Source: Octopus vulgaris
Lineage: Eukaryota
Assembly: GCA_951406725.2 (NCBI GenBank)
Contig: OX597834.1
Span: forward strand, 29,636,001-29,700,000
Direction: 5' to 3'
DNA: 64,000 nt
Below, piece by piece: positions 54,312 to 64,000 of the stretch. A program made the translations under genes and the position numbers. Each line of letters starts with the position of its first letter. The first letter of the stretch is position 1. The notes below the pieces were generated by a model, which was given only the letters and a program-made list of their open reading frames with translations, was not told the DNA's origin and did no database searches.

Positions 54312-54609
54312 TACGGAGATGTACTTGCATAGCAAGTGATTTGATCTGAGATCGTGTGCTGGAACGAAAACAATTGCAGCGTGGAAGGTGTTTGCAAGCC
54401 ATTTAAGAAACACACAAAAGCCGTTCGATTCATTTCAACATTTAAGTTTAATTTGTCAAAATATTTTCGTCGCTATAAGACCGCGACCTGTTCACTGACA
54501 AAAATCCGTGCTGCATCTTTGACAAATTAAACTTAAATGTTGAAGTGAATCGAACGGCTTTTGTGTGTTTCTTAAATGGCTTACAAATACCTACCACACT
54601 GCAATTGTT
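54312..54609. mobile_element. Penelope-like insertion with 92 bp inverted duplication, both ends at (TA)n
   Basis: Arms 54369-54460 and 54518-54609; the spacer carries a hammerhead on the minus strand. Confidence 0.78.
54452..54502 (-). ncRNA. Minimal type I hammerhead with G3-C8 swapped core (GUGAACA)
   Basis: tttgtca GTGAACA g gtcgc ggtcttata gcgac GAAA atat TT tgacaaa: perfect 7 bp stem I, perfect 5 bp stem II, palindromic stem III remnant. Confidence 0.72.
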
Positions 54610-54642
54610 GTATATATATATAAATATATATATATATACACA

Positions 54643-55479
54643 CAGAGTGCAATGGGTAAATTGTTGCCATTATATATTTTTAATTTACATATGAACATTG
54701 TTTGTTTTTTATTCTGTCAACTACACAGTTTAGTAGGGCCAGCTGGGCACCGTAACTGAGAAAGACAGAACCATGATGCAATTCACTCTGCCAGAAATTT
54801 GGAAACAACATGCTGTACTGCTAAGCATTCATGCAGGAAGCTCAGAGTGTTTGGGTGTCAATCTGAGGACATGTACCGAGAGTGATAAAAGCCATACATC
54901 CAGTCAACTGCATGGTGTTTGGAGTGATCACTAGTGATGGCGACGTTATGCCTCCATTCATCTTTCCACACAGGCCTACATGAAGTGGTGGAGGAGGCAG
55001 TGCTGCTCTGGGTCAAGAAGGTAGCTGCTGGAAGAATTAGTGGCTGGCAACTGGACCCTGCACCATGCCACACAAGCAGGAGAACCCAGTCATAGGTCTC
55101 AGACAATTTCTGCAACCATACCACCCATAAAATCTGGCCATCTAACTCCACAGACTGCAAACCCTTTGACTATCATGTGTGGGGTGCAGTCGAGTGAGAG
55201 ACCAACAAAACTTCTTGCAACACCAAAGATGAGCTCAGGGCAAGGATTATGGCAGTATTCACTAACTTAAATAAGGAGACCATCCAGAAGAGTTGCCGGA
55301 GATCCCAGAGTCATCTGGAGGTGAAGCCATGGTTGAAGCCAATAGCAATTTTATTGAATAAATTTCCTCTTTAGTATTTCAAGATGTTTCTATGTAACTT
55401 TGGTAAATGTATGTTAAAACGAGACAGTGTTATTTTCAATTTTGTGTAATTTGGGCAACAGTTTATTCACTGCACCCTA
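54643..55479 (+). mobile_element. Internally deleted DD37D (maT) Tc1/mariner transposon with pseudogenised transposase
   Basis: Imperfect ~26 bp TIRs (cagagtgcaatgggtaaattgttgcc / ggcaacagtttattcactgcacccta, then TA). Translation HPVNCMVFGVITSDGDVMPPFIFPH...WQLD-37 aa-DYHVWGAVE*ETNK...RARI with stops and frameshifts. Confidence 0.88.
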
Positions 55480-55517
55480 TATTTATATATATGTGTGTGT
55501 GTGTGTGTGCATGTATG

Positions 55518-55584
<67 letters not shown>

Positions 55585-56098
55585 TATATGTAAATATATA
55601 TATGTATAAATATATATATGTATATATCCATGTATGTATGTATAAATATGTATATGTGTATGATGTAAGTGTATATAAACATATACATACACATATAAAT
55701 ATGTGTGTGTGAACGTATATGTATACATGTGTATATATATATATATAAGTGTATATTTATATGCATATATAAGCATATATATTATATATATGTATATATA
55801 CACACACACATATGCATAAACATGTACACACATATATATATATTTATATATATACACATATGTATATACATACACATAAACACATACAAACACATACATA
55901 CACACACACACATACACACGTATATGCAAATACATTCATATGAAAAAACTTATTCCCCAAAAAATTTAGTAACAGTATGATAAAAGATTTGACAACAGTT
56001 TTTAAAAAAACAACTTATTTAAAAAATGCCTTTACACTTCAAAACTGTATTATGTAATTCTCATAGACTTTCAAATGTATATATATATGAATACTCAC

Positions 56099-56136
<38 letters not shown>

Positions 56137-56279
56137 GCCTTTAATATAAAAATATGAAGTGGATGTATCTTAAATATAAGTTTCCGTTTAAGTATCATGT
56201 AAACAGCTATGCTTGAAAAATGCAAAGTACCTAGGATAGTAAATGCTATCTGTAGTCTGGCCATTATTTGCATGCATGT

Positions 56280-56323
<44 letters not shown>

Positions 56324-57040
56324 TCCAATCTATATATGCATATGTAACAAATTTTCATAACATGTGCATATGTACATACATATATGCTTGAAAGTATGTA
56401 TAATATACTCAAACACATAAGTATATGAAATAATATAATCTTATTAGTTAATTACATAGCATATGAAGCTGACACCATCCCAACACACACTAATTAGCAC
56501 ACACACACACACACATATATAAGCATGTGTGTGTGTATATATATATGTATATATATGTATATACTTACATGTTTATACGTGTGTATGCATATATATTCAT
56601 ATTTATACATGCATATATAAGGAGAGAGTCACACGTAGATATGTACACACATCATATATATATATATATATATTTATACTTACATATATTTAAATACATA
56701 TATTTGTATTTCTATCAATGTACCAATCTATTTACATATGCATACATACAAATATATATATATATGTTCTATAGATCTATCGCACATACATATACATACA
56801 TATTTCTATGTGTGTGTGCATGTGTGTGTGCGCATGTGTGTGTGCGCATGTGTGTGTGCGCATGTGTGTGTGTATGTGTATATACATGTACATATATATA
56901 TATATATACATGTATGAATATATGCATGTATATATAGGTAATATAAATTTAGAGTGAATACTTGATAAGTGTAAGCACCTGTATATGCCAGATAGTGGCA
57001 GAGGTGCTATAAATTTAGAGTGAATATTTGTTCTGCTTTT

Positions 57041-57094
<54 letters not shown>

Positions 57095-57225
57095 GTATGT
57101 ATACATATATGTATGTATGTATATATATTTATTTATTTATTTATTTATGTATTTATTTATTTATATATGAATATATATATTTACAAGCATAGAAAATGGA
57201 TGTTAAATGATGATGATGATATATA

Positions 57226-57267
<42 letters not shown>

Positions 57268-57600
57268 GTGATAATGATATATGTGCGTTTGTCTGTGTGT
57301 GTCTGTGTTATGTATAGTTATCTACATATATGTCATTACATATATGTAATTATATATATATAAATATGTGTGTGTACGTATATTATATATATATGTATAA
57401 TTATAATGATTAATGTTATTATTAACATTCTTATTATATATTATTATCATCATCATCACCATTATTATTATTGTATGTTACTAGAATTGGCCATTAGAGG
57501 GGCAAGTACACTGGCAGTGCTCCAGTATGACCACAGCCTTAGATTTGATACAAGTAAAGGAATGAAAGAACATATATAAATGATCATATATGTATATTTT

Positions 57601-57646
<46 letters not shown>

Positions 57647-57734
57647 ACACATACACACACACACACACATTTGCCTGTCTATACAATGTTTGCATAAATG
57701 TCTATCTTGCAATATATGATTAAATGTCAGCTCG

Positions 57735-57767
<33 letters not shown>

Positions 57768-58430
57768 GTATATATATATTTATATTAATGAGCAATTTAC
57801 TCTGTTAACTCTATCCAGATCGTGTATGATCTTTGTAACGTTTTTACCGTAATCTAGACTTCTCTACATTATAGCTGTTTCAATCAAAAGTTAAGATATG
57901 CATTCACTGCCAATTAGTATAAAACTCCAACAAAAAACATTCTTCATCTATGCTATTTCTGTATGTGTATGAAGAATTCAACAATTAAAGATGTGATTTT
58001 CTCTATACGTATTTTTGTTATATATATGTATATGCATACATACATAATTATATATATATGTCTGTGTATATATGTTTACATATATATGTATGATATGTGT
58101 TTGTGTATATATGTTATATATATATATATATATATATCTACATACATACATATAAATGCATACACACACGCACACACAAATATACTTATATGTATGCATA
58201 TACATAGATTTATAATGTACATAATAAGCATGACAGATATATAAACAGCCATACATACATGCCTCTGTGTGTGTGCATACACATATAACCAATGGATGTA
58301 TATCATGTACATACATGTTACATACATAAATATACACACAGACACACACACACAACATATATAAAATATTTTCTCCATATATATATATGTATGTATGTAT
58401 GTATATATACCATTTGTATATAGCTGTACA

Positions 58431-58467
<37 letters not shown>

Positions 58468-58852
58468 AAGTATATCTTTATACACATATATGTTTATATA
58501 CCCATAAACATATATACAGATAGATATGTATTCACTCATACATATACATTGATGTCAGATTGTGTGTGTGTGTGTGTTTTTCCTGTATGTGTATATTTTC
58601 TTAAAACTTTGCATCTAAAACATTCAAGTTATGTAGAATTATTTCTCACTTCTTTGAAATTAGAAGTTGAATAAAATATATTCATGCCACACATTATTAT
58701 TAAATTGATATAGTTTTGTAGATGTGCATTTAAATATATATATGTATATGTGTGTGTATATATGTATATATATATATATATAATTAACAATTGAGGGTAA
58801 AATTAATTAATTATTAATCAATTTCACAAGTGTCAGTATATAAGGCGAATTC

Positions 58853-58975
<123 letters not shown>

Positions 58976-59040
58976 ACATATATATTAAGCATCCTTGTGT
59001 GTAGGCATATGCAGGTTTCAAACTCATTACACACACATAC

Positions 59041-59156
<116 letters not shown>

Positions 59157-59481
59157 TATACCAAAAAACTATCTAAAGTCCTATTGAGCCATTAACTAAT
59201 GAGGCCAGTTTTCCAAGTTGTGTATATATATATATATATACAAGAATTACAGAATGAAGTAGATAAGATCTGGGCTACTTATGTTTCATAGCAAGCGGGA
59301 CCTCAGAAGTGGTAAATATCCAGACAAGGCCTATATCGCAGGCTAAAGGGATATCTTGATTATATATATATACGTATATATTATATACACATACATACAT
59401 TTATGTATATATATATATATACATACATACATTTATATGTATGTTTATATACATATTTATGCATGTGTGTGTGTGTGTGTC

Positions 59482-59518
<37 letters not shown>

Positions 59519-59667
59519 TTACATATATGCATATACATACATATTTATATATACTTATATATATATATATATACACACACACATACTCTTAAGGCTTATA
59601 TGCCCATATCTATCTGTCTATCAATCTAGCTATCTTCCTACCTCTCCTCATCTTCATAAATAATATG

Positions 59668-59716
<49 letters not shown>

Positions 59717-61082
59717 CTGCACAATTTGTAAATCATTTAGATTGAGACTCACTGCTTGTGTATATCGTGTGTGTTGTATTTGTGTGTTTGTGTCTGCACA
59801 CTTGTTTAATGACTCAAGAGATCACGGATGATACTGGTTGCCCATCTCAACCAAAGCAATTTAATGAAGGTTCAGATACACGGTCTGAAATAGGAAGTGA
59901 TTATACGGACCAAATGAATTAAACACTTCTCAACATCTCAAAATAACACAGTGGTGTATGCTATGTTTGTGTGATACACACAAACACAACAACACACACA
60001 CAGATATCTCTCTCTATATATATATATGATTGTCTTTGTACATCCTGCAGCTTAAGAGATCCGCTTAACTTGTATATCCCATGCAAACATGTAAGAAGTA
60101 TTCTTAATGAAGACGATGATGATGATGTAATGACGATGAACGCAATAGGAACATTGGGAATTCAAAGAGATGCTAGTTGAAATGCATGTCCGAGTTTGCA
60201 GTGTAATAAGAAAGACTTAATTAACCTACAGTCTATGGTTGTATAAAATCATAGAACTATAAATACATATGTGACAGGCTCAAACGCACACACACATATG
60301 GATGTGTGCATGTATGTTCTTTACATGTGTGTGTGTATTGATCAAGACATCTACTTTCTTTGAAATAAAGTTTTCATTTATAGAGTAAATATTTATACGG
60401 GAACAAACAGCAACACGTATATCCTTTTATACACATTCACACACACACACACACACACGCACTGCGCGCATGTACGTATATATAGGAAAGACATACCATT
60501 GTGTTATAATTTATATATATATATATATATACACACATACATATACATATATATATAAATGCATGTATATATGTATGTATATATATATGTATAATGAAAT
60601 ATGTGTGTATATACTTATATATATGTGTATATATATATATGTATATCTATATAATTACATACATAATATATATAAATATATATATATACCTATATATATA
60701 TATCAACAAACATACAGATATTTGTATAAAAATATATATATATACATATGTATACATATATGTATATATATATTTTTATACATATATATGTACATTTGTT
60801 TGTATGTTTATATATATATATATATTTATGCATATATATGTAAATATATGTATTTATATATATATAAATATATATATACATACTATGAAGTAAAAGGTAT
60901 TTATAAAACACGGGGTGTACAACAAATTTGGTTAACTATATCGAACTATCAGTTACCAATAAATGCAATTAGAATAAATGTCCAAGTTAATTCTTCATGT
61001 ATGATAAGTAAATTCAAATATTGTTTAGAAGAATTTATATGCGTACATATGCACACACACACATGCATATTTATATATACAC

Positions 61083-61118
<36 letters not shown>

Positions 61119-61274
61119 TATATTGTGATAGAAAGACATATTCTTAGATTCCAGATATATACAAAATATAATTCATAAAGTTTGTTTCAAGTTTTACTCT
61201 TAATTTTTTTAAATGTCCGTATAGTAATATATTACACTTCCCATAGAGTTATGTCTAATGCCTGTGTGTATTTG

Positions 61275-61312
<38 letters not shown>

Positions 61313-61739
61313 CACACACATATATATATATACATGCACACACACATACAAATACATATATACATACATACTTATATTTGCTATGTTATATATTATATTC
61401 ATAGTATTTTATGTAATATTGTTATATTAAAAAAATTATTGGATTGTCAATAAAATATCTCTATATTTAATTTATCATGATACATACACACACGTATATA
61501 TGCACATATATATATATGTGTGTGTGTGTGTCTATGTGTAAAATTATATATATAGCATATAAATATTCATATATATATATGTGTGCATGTATATGTAAAA
61601 TTATATATATATATATATTGATATATAGATAAATATACATACATAGATATATATGTAAATATTCATATATGTAATATAAAAAAATATATATATATTCATA
61701 TATAGATACATAGACACATATTCTTTTACCTTTACATAC

Positions 61740-61783
<44 letters not shown>

Positions 61784-62073
61784 TATATAATAGTAGGGAA
61801 TATAATGTCTTTAATGTCCAAGGTAATTCTTCAATTATAACAAGTAAATTCAAATATTGTTTAGTAGTCTTTTTACTACTATTTACTATTTATTGTACGT
61901 TACTGATTTTTAGAACATGTTTTTTTTTAATAGTATATGTTTTCTATATGGTGTAAATAACATTTCTTTATTGAAATGTTAAATAGAGGTTTTTCTATAA
62001 ATTATATATATATATATTATATATATATATATATAAATATTCATATAAATATATATATTTGTATATATATATA

Positions 62074-62130
<57 letters not shown>

Positions 62131-62192
62131 TGTGTGTGTATGAACATATATATATATATCAATATATATGCCAATACATATTTATCGATATA

Positions 62193-62274
<82 letters not shown>

Positions 62275-62275
62275 G

Positions 62276-62313
<38 letters not shown>

Positions 62314-62320
62314 TATATAT

Positions 62321-62444
62321 AAAAATACAAAATGGGACAAGAATGCAAAATACACAAAGAGACGACACACAGAACGGACGGGTCATTCGAAGCCTCTAAT
62401 CTTCAGTCAGGAACCGGATCATCCTAGCAAATTTCAGCTGAATA

Positions 62445-62447
<3 letters not shown>
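62321..62447 (-). mobile_element. Short TA-flanked PLE-like unit
   Basis: Reverse complement is homologous to 63373-63508 with similar 5' and 3' boundaries. Confidence 0.6.
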
Positions 62448-62490
<43 letters not shown>

Positions 62491-62772
62491 TATACACAGA
62501 GGAAGAATAAGCAAGTAGATAAATATCACTATATACATGCGTAAGTATGTGTAATGAATGGTGTGTGCCATGCAACTGCCTAAAGCATGAATAGTTGTAA
62601 TTATAAAGTTGACTCAATAATTGTATGTAAACTCAGGTGAAATTTTGTTGAAGGTGAAACTACTCAGCTATGAAATTTTGTCAAACTTCTTGCCGATTTA
62701 TCATCTCTTTAAATGAGATTGCTTTATGTTCTTATATGGTATACATTGCAAACCTATAGAAAAGCAAAGAAA

Positions 62773-62824
<52 letters not shown>

Positions 62825-63004
62825 TATAACTATACACACACACGGACACATACCTATATATAAGTATTTAAGGAAAGAGTTCAAAAGATGCAAAGATATG
62901 TGCATATATAAATATGCACAACACACACGCACACACATATATATATATATGTATGTATGTATATTTGTATATATATACATGTATGTATACTATATATAGT
63001 ATAA

Positions 63005-63250
63005 AAGCACATGGCTTGGTGGTTAGGGTGTTGCTGTCGTGGTCGTAAGATTTTCGCTTCATTGCTTGGACCAAACAATACATTTTGTCCCTAAGCAAAA
63101 CACTTCATTTCATATCACTCCAGTCCACTCAGGTAGGAAAAATGAGTAATTCTGTGATAGACCGGTGTCCTGTCAAGTGGGGAATATATTCACCACGGAA
63201 ACCTGGAAACTGGCTTCATGAGGCTACGGCACAGGATGAAACTAGAAACT
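63005..63250 (+). mobile_element. Old tRNA-derived SINE with CORE-like and Meta-domain-like blocks
   Basis: A-box-like tggcttggtggttag; tgtccctaagcaaaacactt; ctgtgatagaccggtgtcctgtcaag...cacggaaacc resembles the recalled MetaSINE central domain. Confidence 0.5.
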
Positions 63251-63372
63251 TTGCTTTATTCTATATATTACATATTATATGTGTGTGTGTTTGTGTTAAT
63301 GTGTATATGTATATACACATATACATCTATATATACACATACATAAATATTAATATATATATATATATATAT

Positions 63373-63507
63373 TTAATCAGCCGAAATTGCGAAGATGATC
63401 CGGTTCTTGACTGAAGATTGAAGGCTTCGAATCTCCCGTCCGTGTTTTTTGTGTTGTCTTCTAAATGTTTCACGTTCTTGTCCCAGTTTGTATTTTTTTA
63501 CTTTTAC

Positions 63508-63508
<1 letters not shown>
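63373..63508 (+). mobile_element. Short TA-flanked PLE-like unit
   Basis: GAAA at 63383-63386, CTGAAGA at 63411-63417, tail gttcttgtcccagtttgtat. Confidence 0.6.
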
Positions 63509-63554
<46 letters not shown>

Positions 63555-63814
63555 GTTCACAAATGAAATTTAGAGATTCCCTGTATAGTGGATATTTATT
63601 AGTAGTGCTCAAAAGATTCAAACTTAGATTTCGATGTGTTTACAGGGGATCATTCCACAAGGTAAAGAAAGGCTACAAAAGGGATCAAGCTGAGCCGGTT
63701 TAAAGGCAATTATGTAGATAAAACAAATTAGACACATCAAATCTATTACATATATTAAATACATCAAATACTTGCAATATATTTGAAGTGTCGAATTTAT
63801 TTATCTACCTAATT

Positions 63815-63850
63815 GCCTCTCTCACTCTCTCTCTCTCTCTCTCTCTCTCT

Positions 63851-63893
<43 letters not shown>

Positions 63894-63922
63894 ATACATA
63901 TATATATATATATATGTATATA

Positions 63923-64000
<78 letters not shown>
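63815..64000. repeat. (CT)n then (TA)n running to the window end
   Basis: Seen directly. Confidence 0.97.

Overview
This is AT-rich, microsatellite-saturated eukaryotic DNA, most likely from an octopus (inferred from recalled SINE families and (TA)n/(CA)n density, not from a search). I found no intact protein-coding gene; nearly all listed ORFs are microsatellite artefacts. The window holds three abundant SINE families, decayed non-LTR retrotransposons (a ~2.4 kb RLE/HERO-like copy, an R4/Dong-like 3' end, an RTE-like piece and a CR1/L2-group 3' end sharing its tail with a SINE), a DD37D (maT) Tc1/mariner relic and two TA-flanked MITEs. The most interesting signal is about 16 short Penelope-like (PLE) terminal-repeat fragments, mostly abutting (TA)n tracts. 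Several form 25-93 bp inverted duplications, and many carry minimal hammerhead ribozyme folds. Their cores include the canonical CUGAnGA, a G3-C8 swap (GUGAnCA, three copies, two stem contexts), an A6U variant (two copies) and a permuted GAAA-before-CUGAAGA order. At 54.5 kb the inverted arm starts within 2 nt of the predicted self-cleavage site. A few complex, splice-site-flanked islands may be exons of an unidentified host gene. All translations, alignments and folds were done by eye, and repeat boundaries are approximate.
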